Assembly (NCBI RefSeq): GCF_009914755.1 | Contig: NC_060936.1 | Source: the human T2T-CHM13v2.0 reference genome, Homo sapiens | Strand: one strand, 5' to 3' | DNA: 64,000 nt | In this document: one piece after another, positions 27,475 through 40,856 of the stretch | Position numbering within the stretch: the first letter of the stretch is position 1 | Layout: each line of letters opens with the position of its first letter | Notes under the pieces: generated by a model | Database searches by the model: none | The model's input: only the letters and a program-made list of their open reading frames with translations | What the model was told of the DNA's origin: nothing | Made by a program: the position numbers and the translations under genes

Positions 27475-27804
27475 CAGTAGTCCTCCTTATCTGTGATTTC
27501 AGCTTTCATGGTTTTAATTACCCATGGTTACTGTGTTCTGAAAATATTACATACAATAAGACATCTTGAGAGAGAGAGAGAGTACATTCACATTACTTTT
27601 ATTACAATATATTGTTATAATAGTTCTAGTTTATTATTAACTATTGTTGTTAAGTTCTTACTGTGCCTAATTTATCAATTATCTTTATCAGAGGTGTGAG
27701 GTATATGAAAGTCAATATATGTATATAGGTTTGATACTATCTGCAGCTTCAGGCATCCACTGGGGGTCCTGGAATGTATCCCTGTTAGATAAGCAGAGCT
27801 ACTC
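27475..27804 (+). mobile_element. MER44A-like non-autonomous TcMar-Tigger DNA transposon
   Basis: Terminal inverted repeats cagtagtcctccttatc ... gataagcagagctactc. Internal gagagagag-cattcacattacttttattaca and caggcatccactgggggtc. Confidence 0.85.
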
Positions 27805-29609
27805 TATTTTATCACCTCAGGTTTCTCAAAGGGAATGTATTACCCTTAATCTCAAGTATTTTGCATGAATTTATATAACTGCACCAAGATTTTGTGTTCT
27901 CAACAAAGTTGTTAGCTTAATCAGAAAAAAATGATAGATAAGTGAGAGTAGTAGTTTACTTGTGAAAATAAAATTGATGAATTACATGAAATCAGATTAC
28001 ATAATTTTTGAATTCAAAGAGCCTGTAGAGGTCATTTAAAAATTCAGCCCCCTAGTTTTACAGATGGAGAAGCTAGGAATAAAATCAGTCATAGAATACA
28101 GTTGCTCATGTAACTTGTTCTTTTTATATACACTTCCTTTTATTGTTCCTGAGACCTAAATCAAGGCTTATTTCCCCCCAAGTACCATACTTCATTTTTT
28201 GATGTAGCCTAGCTTTATATACTAAAATTTACATAAAACTATATGGTTCCTAACCCATAACTCTAAATGAAGTTGACAGTATGAACCAAACTCTAATTTC
28301 ATATCACAGAACATGATGAATAAATGACAAAAGATCAATTAATAACTGTAGCTAATTGTTTTAAATCCAAAATTTTTTACACTTTATTCAAGCAGTCTAA
28401 TCCTGAGAAAATAAAGACTTCTTTACAAATTTTCTGCAAAGTCACTATGACAGAATTAACTTGAGTAAGGGTGTTGTCCAAGGCTAAGAATATTATTCAA
28501 AGATATAAACAAAGAAGACAATAAATTACTAAGCAGAGCGAGTATATGAGACATGGATTTGGAAATAAATGTCAGGTTGTTGAGCCAAACTTGATAAGGT
28601 AAGATGATTTCAGGAGATCCACGAGACAAACCAAAACACAAGCTTAAAAGTGGCTACAGGATTAAGATCAAAATGCAATTTGCTTGTACTATAGGATTAC
28701 ATAACCTATAATCTTTCCAACTGATTTACCTCTGGGATAACCACTGCATACTCATCGTATCTACCAATATCCAGCGTTCTGGTTCTTATGACAAAAAGCA
28801 TTAGGCAGCATATGCTATTTTCTTATGTATCCATTTTATTTGACCTTTTATTGAGAAGAATTTTTCTATGTTGGAAGCAAAGATTCACGTTTTTACCTTC
28901 TCCTTTTTATCCCAAGTTTATTCAAATTCATGATCTTCTACTTACTACTTGTTGAATTTGTCACAAGTTTGCGATAAAAACTATTTCTTAATCAACTAAA
29001 GCAGTCCTTGTACTGTTACAGGAGTCAAGAAAAAAGAAAGCATAAACATGTCTTTAAATTATAAAGCATTAAAATATTATGTAGGATTTGTATATAATTA
29101 CCCAACAATTACTGCCTCTTGGAATAGTATAATGAGTATGTGTGACACTGATGGAGAAGGAATATTTGCAGAATGAAAAAGTATAAAGAGCTTTTATGAA
29201 AGTTGAACGTTAACTTTTTCTTGTTAAAAATAAATTATGGAAGAGAAAGGAAGATAGGAAGAGATTATCAGAATGATGACACACAAGAGAAAGTAATAAT
29301 GGCCCAATTATTACTGGGGAAAATGGCACAAACTCATGTATTTAAGTGTAAATCTATTACTTACTTGCTCCCTTATTATTATAACTTCAGCAAGAAAGGG
29401 ATTGAAAGGAGGAAAGGACCAGAAAGAAAGCAGTATCCCACCCATCTCACAAAACGAGAAGTTGGAAGGCAGATCTCTCTCCAGTATTCTCCTTAGTAAA
29501 TATCTCTCAATCTGGAGGAGAAGTGAAAATTACTCTTTCTTTTCTGAAAGTCCCAGTCAGCAACATGAATTAATATTATTTCCAGTAATATAATTTTTCA
29601 TGTGCAAAA

Positions 29610-30715
29610 AATTAAGTAAAATTCGCAAGTAATGGAATACATAAATCTTAAATGTACAGTTCAAAGAGTTTGGACAAATGCATATGCCAGTGTAAGTCAT
29701 ATCCTGATCAGCAAATGCCTCTGTCAACAAAGAAAGGTTACTGGTGATACTCCCCAAGCAGCCCTCTCCTCTCACCAAAGGAAACTATTTTTCTGACTCA
29801 TATCAAAGTAGATGTGTGTGCCTGTGTGTGTGTATACATGTGTCCAGATTCTTTCTCTATACATAATGTCTTGGAGATTCATTTATGATGTTTATGTGTC
29901 CATGGCTCATTGCTTTTCATTGCCAGATAATATTTCATTTATTATTTTAAAAATGCTTCAATTTATTTATGCATGCTCCATTGATAGATATTTGTGTTGT
30001 TGCTAGCTTGCATCTGTTATGAGAAGAGACAGTATTAATCTTCTTGAATATGCTTGGAACATGTGTTTTAATTTTTCTTGGATGAATTTCTAGGACTGAA
30101 TGGCTGTCTTATAAAGGATGTTTACATCTAATTTGCAAAACTCTGCCTAAACTTTCTCCAGAGTCATTGCACATGTTACCTTACCTCCAGCTGTATATGA
30201 GAGTTCTGGATGCTCCATAATCTCACCAAACAAATCTAGTGTTACTAGACATTTAAAAATAATTTTAGCCTTTCTACAGATTTTATAATATATCACATTG
30301 TGTTTTAATTTGCACTTCCCTGATGTCAAATGATAAACTCACATAGCATATATAACTTTGCATAATATCTATTTGCACCTTTCGCTCTATATAGTCTGAA
30401 AAGCTACAATAAATATTTCCCTAAGATATGGTATTTTAATGGTGTTTTCTAATGACAAGAAATTTTATAATGAGATATAGCCTAATTTTAAATTGTTTGT
30501 TGTTTTGTTTAATGGTTAGTGCTTTTGAACTGACTATATGGTGCTGATCTATCTCTGTATTATCTACTTAGTTTTTTTAGTTCTGTTGATCTATTTTTTA
30601 ATTTTTGCACCAATACCACACAATCTGATTACTCTGTCACACAATAATTCTTGAAATAAGGCAGTGTAAGGCCTCAGATATTGTGTTAGGTCATTTTCAT
30701 TTACATATAGACTTT
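29610..30715 (-). mobile_element. Old L1 (L1MD/ME-like) 3' end
   Basis: aaatcttaaatgtacagttc...ttggacaaatgcata; ttttaatttgcacttccctgatg. Confidence 0.7.
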
Positions 30716-30721
30716 TAATAT

Positions 30722-30990
30722 TCAGACTATACAAAATAACTCAACAGTAAAAAAAAACACAAATAATTCCATTAAAAAGTGGACAAAGGATATGAGTAAA
30801 CATTTATCCAAAAAAGGCATTCAAATGTTCAAGAATGACATGAGAAAAAATGCTCAACATCACTTATCATTAGAGAAATGCAAATCAAAACTGCAGTGAG
30901 ATATCATCTTACCCCAGTTAGAATGGCTATTCTTTAAAAGACAAAATAGACACTGGTGAGAATGTGGGGAAAAGGGAACTCTTAGATACA
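30722..30990 (+). mobile_element. L1 ORF2 C-terminal fragment, opposite orientation to its flanks
   Basis: ccattaaaaagtggacaaaggatatga...atgctcaacatcact...agagaaatgcaaatcaaaac...aaaagggaactctta. Confidence 0.8.
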
Positions 30991-30999
30991 TTAATTTCA

Positions 31000-32125
31000 C
31001 ACACATTATACACCTAGAAGTACATTCTTATGTTTTCTTCAATGTTGATTTACATTTAAAGAAATTAAGATGAGAAAAAAACTGCATTATATTTACCTAT
31101 GTATCATTTCTAGTAAATATTATTCTTTCAGTAAATCTTATTTTCTCTCTAGTATCACACCCTTTAATATGAACAGTTTTTCAACTTTTTTCTCTCATTT
31201 TAAATTCATTCATATTTTGTTTATCATAATGCATCTTTATTTTTCACTTTTTGAAAACTGATATTTTGGTTTCATGTAAACTTCTAGGTTGATGTCCTCC
31301 CGACCAGAAGCTAAGAGGTGGCATTGGTTGTTTTCTTACTTCCATTGTTTCTGATGAAAATTCAACAGTCATATTTATCATTCCCCTCTTTACAGGGTTT
31401 CTTTTTTCTCTTATTGGTGTTTTTTTTTTCTTTTTTTCTCTCTCTTTTGCTTATTATAATTTGGGTCTGATATGCCTTGGTGTGGATTATATATATTTAT
31501 GTTTGTACAGCCTTGGGTTCAGTTACCTTATTAGATCTGTATGTTAACATTTCTAAACAAGTTTGAAAACTTTGGAGCCATTATTTCATTCAATATTTTT
31601 CTGTACCAATATTTTACTTCTCTAATTTTCTTTCAGGACTCCAATTACAAAGTGTTAGACGTCTTAATATAATCCCATGAGCCATTGAGACGCTGTTCAT
31701 TTACTTTATTTTTCTTATTTATTTCTCTTTTTAAAAGATTTATTACATCTTTATGCTTTTGTTTGCAAATTTTCTATTTCCTATGCAATTGATCATTTCT
31801 CATGCAGCTTTTAATCTTTTCTAAGTGCATCTAATGGTATTTTTGTTTCAGATATTTTATTTTTTCCCACTTACATTGTCCACTTGATACATTTTTAAAC
31901 TTTTTATTTCTGTGTTAATATTATCCTTTTCTTTACTCATAATATTCTTTTTTTCTGTTATATCAATAAACCTATTTATAATGCCTAGTTTAAGTTACTT
32001 ATTAATTCTAACATCTGTATCACTTCTCATTTTGTCTCTGCGATTGTTTCCTTTTTCTTGTATATATTTTTTGCCTTTCTTTGTATACATTACACACTGG
32101 TTTTATGCTTGGTATACTAGACACT
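31000..32125 (-). mobile_element. Old L1M ORF1-region fragment
   Basis: ttccattgtttctgatgaaaattca, gccattatttcattcaatatttttct, ggactccaattaca. Confidence 0.65.
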
Positions 32126-32169
32126 TTTGTCAGTCAGTGTTCTCCAGAAAAACAGAACCACTAGGAGAT

Positions 32170-34495
32170 TCTGTTTACAAACCGAAGGCTTGTGGGAACC
32201 ATGCATTGAACAAGACTATAGGAGCTATTTTTCCAACACATTGTGCTAACTTCATGTATCTATGTTATATTTTGGTAATTCTCATAATACTTCAAACTTT
32301 TTTATTTCTGTTATGTCAATTATGGTTATCTGAGATCAGTGATTTTTGATGTTACTATTACCATTGTTTGGGAGTGATTGTACCACTGTCATATGAGATG
32401 GTGAACTTAATGGATAAGTGTTGTTTGTGTGCTGACTTCTCCATTGATCAACTGTTCCCCTATCTCTCTGCCTTTCATTGGGCCAACCTATTCCCTGAAA
32501 CATGACAATCTTAAAATTAGGTCAATTAATAACCCTACAATGGCCTCTAACTGTCCAAATGAAAGAAAAAGTTTCACATCTCTTACATTAAATCAAAAGA
32601 TAGAAATTATTAAGTGTAGTGAGGAAAGCATATTTAAAGCTGAGATTGGTCAAGAGCTAGCCCTTTTGTGTCAAAGAGCTGGCCGTGCTGTGGATACAAA
32701 AGGAAATTAAAAGTGCTACTCCAGAGAATACACACATGATAAGAAAGCAAAACAGGCTTATAGTTGGTATGGAGAAAGTTTTAGTGGTCTGGATAGATCA
32801 AACCAGCCACAGCATTCGATTAAGCCAGAGCCTAATCCAGAGCAAAGCCCTCACTTCTTAAATTCTGTGACATCTCAGGGAGTTGAGGAGGCTGCAGAAG
32901 AAAAGTCTGAAGGTAGTATAGGTGGTTCATAGGTTTAAGAAGCCATCTCCATAACATGAAAGTGCAAGGTGAAGCAGGAAGTGTGAATTTAGAAGCTGCA
33001 GCAAGTTATCCAGAAGATATAGCTAAGATCATTGATGGAGATGGCTTCACTTAATAACAGATTTTCCTTTTAGACAAAAGAACTTCCTACTGGAAGAAGA
33101 TGCCATTTAGAACGTTCCTAGCTAGAGAGGAGAAGTCAATGCCTGGCTTTAAAACTTCAAAAGAAAGGTTGAATTTCTGATTAGGGCCTCATGCCTTTGG
33201 TGACTTTAAGTTGAAACCAATACTCATTTACCATCCTGACAATCCTAGGGCTCTCAATAATTATCCTAAATCTACTCTGCCTGTGCTTTATGAATGGAAC
33301 AACAAAGTCTGGATTACAGAACCTACGTTTATAGCGTGATTTACTGAGTATTTGAAGCCCTGTTTGAGAACTACTGCTCAGAAAAAAAAGATTCCTATCA
33401 CAATATTACTGTTCATTGACAATGTACTTGGCCATTCAAAAGCTCTGACGGAGATGTGAAAGGTGATTAACGTTAACCTCATGCCCACAAATACAACATC
33501 CATTCTCCATCCCATATGTCAAATAGTAATTTTGACCCTCAAGTCTTATTATTTAAGAAATATATTTTATAAAGTTAGTGATCTCACTGATAAATCTGGT
33601 CAAAGGGAATGGAAAACCTTCTGGGGAGAATTTGCTATTCGAGATACCATTCTAGAACATTTATGATTCATGAGTGGAGGTCAAAATATCAGCATTAACA
33701 GGAGTTTGGAATAAGTTGATTCCAACCCTCATGAATGACTTTGAGGGGTTCACAACTTCAGTGGAGGAACTCACTGCAGATGTGGTAGAAATGGCAAGAG
33801 AAATAGAATTAGAAGTTGAGCCTGAAGATGTGACTGAATTGCTGCCATCTCATGATAAAACTTCAATGAATGAGGAGTTGCTTTTTATGAATGAGCGAAT
33901 AAAGTGATTTTTTGAGAAGAATTTACTCCTGATGAAGACACCGTAGACATTGTTGAAATGATAACGAAGGATTTGAAATATTCCACAAACTTAGTAAATA
34001 AAGTAGTGGCAGTATATGAAAGATTAACTTCTATTTTGAGAGAAGTTCTACTGCTTGTAAAATGCTATGCAACAGCACAGAATGCTGCAGAAGAACCATT
34101 TATGAAAGGAAGAGTTAACTGATGCAGCAAACTTCACTGTTGTCTTACATTTTAAAAAAAATTCACAGCCACCCCAATCTTTTGCAACCACTATCCTGAT
34201 CATTCAGCAACTATCAACATCAAGGCAGGTTACGCCACCAGCAAACAGTTTACACTTGCTGAAGGCTCAAATGATCGCTAGCATTTTTTAGCAATAAAGT
34301 TTTTAAATAATTGAAGTATATATATTTTTCTTTTAAACATAATGCTATTGCACACTTCAGAATCTATAATATAGTATAAATATAACTTTTATATACTCTA
34401 GGAGACTAAACAATTTGTGTGTTTGGCTTTACTGCAATATTTGCTTTATTATGGTGATATGAAATAGAAGCCACAATGTCTCCGAGATATGTTTG
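32170..34495 (+). mobile_element. Tigger1 DNA transposon, near full length (left TIR missing)
   Basis: Transposase start [22 protein letters not shown] at 32540. C-terminal [11 protein letters not shown]. Right TIR remnant tctccgagatatgtttg ends at 34495. Confidence 0.93.
32540..33907 (+). pseudogene. Tigger1 (pogo/CENP-B-like DDE) transposase remnant
   Basis: Fragments in several frames with stops and frameshifts (e.g. [27 protein letters not shown]). Confidence 0.85.
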
Positions 34496-34496
34496 T

Positions 34497-34640
34497 GTTG
34501 TGTGTGTGTATGTGAATACATGTGGGTGATTAATATATACATATATATATATATCATGTATCATGAGAGCTAATTCTATATATATATATATACACACACA
34601 CACATATATATATGTTATACACATATATAATTATATAAAT
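34497..34640. repeat. (TG)n/(TA)n/(CA)n compound microsatellite in MLT2B
   Basis: Directly visible. Confidence 0.85.
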
Positions 34641-35278
34641 ATGGAATTAGCTCGCATGATTATGGAGAATAAGTGCCACAATCTGCAATCTGACAGCTGG
34701 ACATCCAGGAAAGCCAGTGGTATAGTTCAGTCTCAGTCCAAAGGCCTAAAAACTAGAGGAGTCAATAATGTAAATTCCAGTTTGAGAGCATAGAGCTGAG
34801 ATGAGATGTCCCAGCTCAACAGTGAAGGTAAAGAAAAGGAGTCCTTCTTACTCTGCCTTTTGTTCTATTCAAGCCCTCAGTGGATGTGATGAGGCCCAAC
34901 TTCGATGGTGAAGGCAATATACTAAGTTTACCAATTCAAATGCTAATCTCGCCCAGAAACACCCTCACAGACGCATGTAGAAACAATATTTAATGTGGCC
35001 ACCCCTGTGACCCACTCAAATGACACATAAAATTAACTGTCACAATGCTACATTGTTGAGATTCTGAATTCTCTTATCTTCCTTTAGAAAAGAAGGACTT
35101 TTGTTTTTGTGGCACATCTCCATGTTTTTGCCTCCTATAGTTGATCTGCCTTCTAGGCCCAATCACTAGTCTCTGTTTTCTCCGCTTTTCTGGACTCCTA
35201 CTCTCTGTTTGGGGTTTACTTCTCTATGCCACTCTGGAATGCCCCCACCTCCCCAGTAGAAAGCTAGTGTTTATTTGA

Positions 35279-35735
35279 TGCAATGGTTAATACTAAGTGT
35301 CAACTTGATTGGATTGAAGGATGCAAAGTATTGTTCCTGGGTTTGTCTGTGAGGGTGTTGGCAAAGAAGATTAACATTTGAGTCAGTAGACTAGGGGAGG
35401 CAGACCAATCCTCAGTCCCTGCAGGCAGAATAGAAAGCAGGCAGAGGAATGTGGAGAGATTAGACTGGCTTAGCCTCCCAGCCTATATCGTTCTCTGGTG
35501 CTGGATACTTCCTGCCCTTGAACATGGGACTCCAAGTTCCTCAGCTTTGGAAGTTGGACTGGCTTCCTTGCTCCTTAGCTTGAAGACAGCCTATTGTGGA
35601 AACTTGTGATCATGTGAGTTAACACTTCTTAATAAACTCTCATATCTGTCTGTCTATCTATCTATCATCATCTATCTCTATATATATGGATATAGTCCAT
35701 TAGTTCTGTCCCTCTAGACAGTCCTGACTAATACA
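35279..35735 (+). promoter_or_regulatory. MLT2A1-like 5' LTR with DUX4-type motif and splice donor
   Basis: tgattggattga at 35306-35317 and GTGAGT at 35614-35619. Activity is inferred from family behaviour only. Confidence 0.55.
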
Positions 35736-36199
35736 GATTTTGGTACCAGGAGTAGTACTAGAGGAACAGAATATTAAGGATGAAGTTCTTTTGTTGCTTT
35801 TAGGGTTTCTGGAGTTGGCTACTTAATATGATTAGACCCCAAAATACTAAGGACTCTACTTCTAATAGTATGGAGAACACTGAGAGTCCTTAGTGGGAAC
35901 TGTTTAGAGAGTTATGCAAAATAAATGAATTTGACACCCCTGATTCACTGCTTATGAGAGGCAAGGAGTTTAGTGACTCTATATGTAATACCTTTGACCA
36001 TATGTGGAGAAACAAGGAACATAATGAAGTTGGTTTGTTGCTCCTAAGTTCACTGGACAAAGCGATGGAAAAAAATGATGAACTCAGGGATTCTAACTCT
36101 CAACTTCAGAACCAGATGCTGAGCCTCAAATCTGCTAAGATTGCCCTGAGTGAAAGTCTTATCTCCTGTAGAGAAAAAAACTGAAATCATGGAAAATCA

Positions 36200-36780
36200 G
36201 TGTATGATATATGGTACTCTGTTTCTCCCAAAGCCAGGATCCATGGGTTCAGAAATCAAGGGGTGGAAGTGGATGTGGCACCACTCCTTGTCAAGCCTAG
36301 TGATCTACTAACAAAATTTTTGCTTCCCTTTCCCACAACATTGTGTTCTGCTGGACTAGAGTTCTTAGTTCCAGAGGGAGGAACACTGCCACCAGGAGAC
36401 ATATCAATGATTCCATTAAACTGGCAGTCAAGACTGCCACCCGGACACTTTGGACTCCTCCTACCTTCAAGTAAACAGGCTAAGAAGAGAGTTAAAGTGT
36501 TGGCTGGGGTGATTGACCCAGACTATCAAGATGAAATTGATTACTCCACAATGTAGGTAAGGAAGAGTATGTGTGGCATACAGGAGATCTCTTGGGGCAT
36601 ATCTTAGTATTACCAACCCCTCTGATTAAGATCAAAAAGAAACTACAACAACCCAATCCAGGCAGGACTGTAAATGACCCAGACACTTCAGGAATGAAAG
36701 TCTGGGTCATTCTACCAGGAAAAAACCACGACCTCCTGAGGTGCTTGCTGATGGCAAAGGGAATACAGAGAAGAAGGTAG
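36200..36780 (+). pseudogene. HERV-L integrase C-terminus/dUTPase remnant
   Basis: SAGLEF...LPPGHFGLLLPSS...AGVIDPDYQDEI (dUTPase motifs 1-3). Frameshift near 36540, then WHTGDLLGHILVLP. Confidence 0.85.
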
Positions 36781-37534
36781 TCATTAATACTAGCTATGAC
36801 CACATGACCAGTTTCAGAAACAAAGACTGTAATTGTCATGAGTATTTCCTTCTTCTTTTGTTAAAAAACATGTTTGTGCCATGTATACACTTGTATTAAG
36901 GAAATATCTTCATTTTATTTCCTTTTTCCTTTATCATGTGACATAAGATTTATTGACTGCGTATCAGCATTTAAGTGTTGTTAACTTTATGTAATAGCAT
37001 TTGAATTGGGGATAGGTACATTTCTGGTTGTATGAAGAAGAGCTGTATCATGTTACGCATAATTATGGTCTTACTGTTTTTATTTGAAGATTATGTATGA
37101 TCTCAGGAGACTTGTATGGGTCCAACTTGACAAAGAGTGGTCTTTTGATGGTTAAGACTGAGTGTCAACTTGATTGGATTGAGGATGCAAAGTATTGATC
37201 CTGGGTGTGTCTGTGAGGATGTTGCCAAAGGAGATTAACATTTGAGTCAGTGGACTGAGAGAGGCAGATCCACACTTAATCTGGGTGAGCACCATCTAAT
37301 CAGCTGCCAGTGCAGCCAGAATAAAAAGCAAGCAGAGAAATGTGGAGATATTAGACTGGATTAGCCTCCTAGCTTACATCTTTCTTCCATTCTGGATACT
37401 TTCTGCCCTCAAACATGAGACTCCAAGTTCTTCAGCTTTGGAACTAGGACTGGCTTCCTTGTTCCTCAGCTTGCAGATGGCCTATCGTGGGACCTTGTGA
37501 TCATTTGAGTTAATACCTCTTAATAAACTCCCTT

Positions 37535-38159
37535 TTATATATATATATATATAAAATATATGTCAATATATATATAAATGTATATTTAAATTATTTATAT
37601 TATATAAATATATAAATATATATTTAAATTATTAATAAAATATATAAATAAATATTTAAATTATTAATAAAATATATAAATATATATTTAAATTATTTCT
37701 AAAATATATAAATATATATTTAAATTATTTCTAAAATATATAAATATATAAATATATATTTAAATTATTTCTAAGATATATAAATATATAAATATATATT
37801 TAAATTATTTCTAAAATATATAAATATATAAATATATATTTAAATTATTTCTAAAATATATAAATATATATTTAAATTATTTCTAAAATATATAAATATA
37901 TAAATATATATTTAAATTATTTCTAAAATATATAAATATATAAATATATATTTAAATTATTTCTAAAATATATAAATATATAAATATATATTTAAATTAT
38001 TCATTATATATAAAATATATAAATATATATATTTAAATGTTTAAATTATTTAATTAAATATATATTTAAATGTTTAAATTATTTAATTAAATATATATTT
38101 AAATGTTTAAATTATTAAATTAAATATATATTTAAATATATATATTTATATATATATAT
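37535..38159. repeat. AT-rich minisatellite (32/40-bp units, then 33-bp units) in the 3' LTR
   Basis: taaatatataaatatatatttaaattatttctaaaatata repeated almost perfectly at 37741, 37781, 37821, 37893 and 37933. Confidence 0.95.
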
Positions 38160-39989
38160 CCTATTCGTTCTGTCCTTATGGAGAACTGACTAATACATTT
38201 GAGCTTATCTAATTGTTACACTCAAAGACAACAGTTCTGTGTTGTTTGCTATCTAATTCCTGAAAACAGTTGCTTTAAGTATTTTCCAGTTGTATAGTTT
38301 TCTGTTGTTTGTTTTTATGGTTGGAGAATGTGTTCAGTATTCATTAATTTTTCATGAATAAAATTATAAGTACCCTTTGTTACTTTGGCTAGATAAAAAA
38401 ATCCAGCACTGTAACTAGGAGGTAAAATTTGGATTCAAACATTCAACCATGGCACTATTTGTGCAAATTTGTCATTTTATTAAAGTTGATATAACATAGA
38501 TCCACATAATAAAATTTTTGAATTTTATGTATCTTGTAATGTGGATAGAATATAATCACAAAGAGAATATAATCAAGTTTCTCTTTCTCTTTAGCATTCT
38601 TGGTCTATACTCTATGTATCATCTGGTAGTTTTAATGTAAGTAAATAAGACCAGGTGACTATTTATCTGTTTTTAAAAGTGAAAAATCAGAGAATAAAAT
38701 GCCAGAAATATGTGTTATGGATATAATGAAACCAAAACTAAGATTTCCTTGTCATTATGAGTGCAAAAAAATACTTTGAATAATAAAAAAATCTAATGTT
38801 TTGGAACAGGGGCTTACCATTTTAAATATTAGCTATAGACTCTATTGTGTTTATTTTTATGTCATTTTAAATAACAGCATTAAATTTACAGCCATGTGGC
38901 TTAAGATAGATTGTTGTAAAATATTATTTGTGACACCAAACTGCTTACCATCACTGCCTTAAGAAAATTACATTCTTCTTTTCACTAAATTGAAATTTGA
39001 CTTTCTTTTTCCATCACACTGTATTTGTTTGTACACATATGTTCAATTTACAGTTTCAAACATGTGCTGTAAAATAAAGTGTATTTTTTTTGAAAATATA
39101 AATTAGGAGTATGCTCTCCCTTTAGAATAGGAAAACTTCTAATAAAATTATATTGTTCTGGAGAAAATAATATTCATAGAATGCATTTTATCTCATGGGT
39201 ATATCACCATTTTAATCATGAAATTCAGTATTATATCATATTGAAATATATCTAAACATATTATATTTGTCTTCATTGCTCACATTTCAGATTTTGAGTA
39301 AGTTATAGAAACTTAATCATGCCATAATTTTATTGCTACATAATTACATCATTAATATGATAAGAATTTGATCAGAGCATTAAGGTAATAATAGTTATGT
39401 AGTAGCTCATTTTTAAGCTAGCTTAGAACATATTTTGTTTTTGTGAGTGACTTAAAAATGCATTATTTTATTTCAACATATTATTAATATTGGATTTTTA
39501 AATAGATATTTATAATGCAAATGAGAACAATAACATGAAATTGTACACAATAAATTTCTTTTTTTCTTTGAACCCAATTTGTTGTCCATCCCCCTTTTTA
39601 TCTCCTTAAAAATTCTATCCTAGAACTTAACAAATATGTCACTTCAACTATCCAATACCAACTAGAACGTTTTCAGTTGCTAAGAAACTAAAATAAAAGA
39701 TCCTCCTGGATTTTTCCTAGATAAACTTCACTAGTTGACCTGTGTCTTCTTTTCCTTAATTATGTTTGGTAGAGAGTTTGAGTATTTATTTTTATTATCT
39801 GAGGACATAGATTATACCACTGAAATGCTTAAACTTTCAATAACAAGCTATTATTACAAAAATTGAAATAATTAGAATACAACCACATGCTTAAAAGTCA
39901 AGATTACAAACCATTCCCAGAGTGGGTCATAAAAGCCTCATAAAGAAGACTGAATTTGAGTTCAACTTTCTTATTATAAACTAGTTTGT

Positions 39990-40215
39990 AGTGAGTATCT
40001 ACTGAGTGGTAGGTGCTAGGCTAATACTTTTGTATGGGTATATTAAGTTCTATGAACAATCTATGAGTAAACAGTCTACAGTATTCTTCCCTTAATTTTC
40101 AAATAATGAAATTAAAAAATAACAATTTAACAAGGGTCATAGAGCACACTTGCTGCTTAGTCAGAATTTATTATGTGATATAAGGTAAAAGCCTGCTTTG
40201 TTAACCACTGTACTT
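39990..40215 (-). mobile_element. MIR (highly diverged)
   Basis: gagtatctact...aggtgctaggcta...aacaatctatgagta...aaagcctgctttgttaaccactgtac. Confidence 0.5.
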
Positions 40216-40279
40216 TAAAGCAGAGTTAAAAATTGACTCTGTTGTGTGAGATAATCAATATTAATGTTGTAATATATGG

Positions 40280-40507
40280 CAGTGATTGGTAAAATTTTTC
40301 TTTAAAGAGCCAGACAGTAAATAATATTTTACAATTTTCAAGCCATATAGTTTCTGAGGCAATGACTCATTTCTGTAGTTGTAGCACAAAAACAGATTTA
40401 GACAATGCATAAAAAAATGGACATGGTTGTACTCTAATAAATCTTATTTACAAAACAAGCAATGGCCCAAATGTGGAATGTGGCAGTACATAGGCTGCCA
40501 ACCCCTG
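40280..40507. mobile_element. MER58A (hAT-Charlie MITE)
   Basis: TIRs cagtgattggtaaa ... tgccaacccctg. Internal taaagagccagacagtaaata and tagacaatgcataa. Confidence 0.82.
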
Positions 40508-40616
40508 AAAATGGTCCCAGCTGATTATTATTTTATTCTTATAATGTTAGCAGAAAACAAACATTCTAATTTAAAACATACAATGGAGTTTCTTACACTC
40601 TGTATCACAGAAGTAA

Positions 40617-40856
<240 letters not shown>

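Larger units (their letters stand above)
32126..35044 (-). mobile_element. MLT2B-type ERVL solo LTR, split by Tigger1
   Basis: Left piece agtcagtgttctccagaaaaacagaacca (32126-~32170). Right piece ~34496-35044 ends gacacataaaattaactgtcaca. 5-bp flanks acact/atgct fit CpG decay of ACGCT. Confidence 0.82.
35279..38197 (+). mobile_element. Internally deleted HERV-L provirus with two MLT2A1-like LTRs
   Basis: 5' LTR 35279-35735, PBS tggtaccaggagt at 35741, internal region 1408 bp, purine tract before the 3' LTR at 37144-38197. Perfect TSD TTTGA at 35274-35278 and 38198-38202. Confidence 0.95.

Noticed and set aside
36200-36556. Functional domesticated dUTPase gene
   Set aside because: Non-ATG start at a deletion junction, degenerate motifs, and a frameshift separating the C-terminal motifs.
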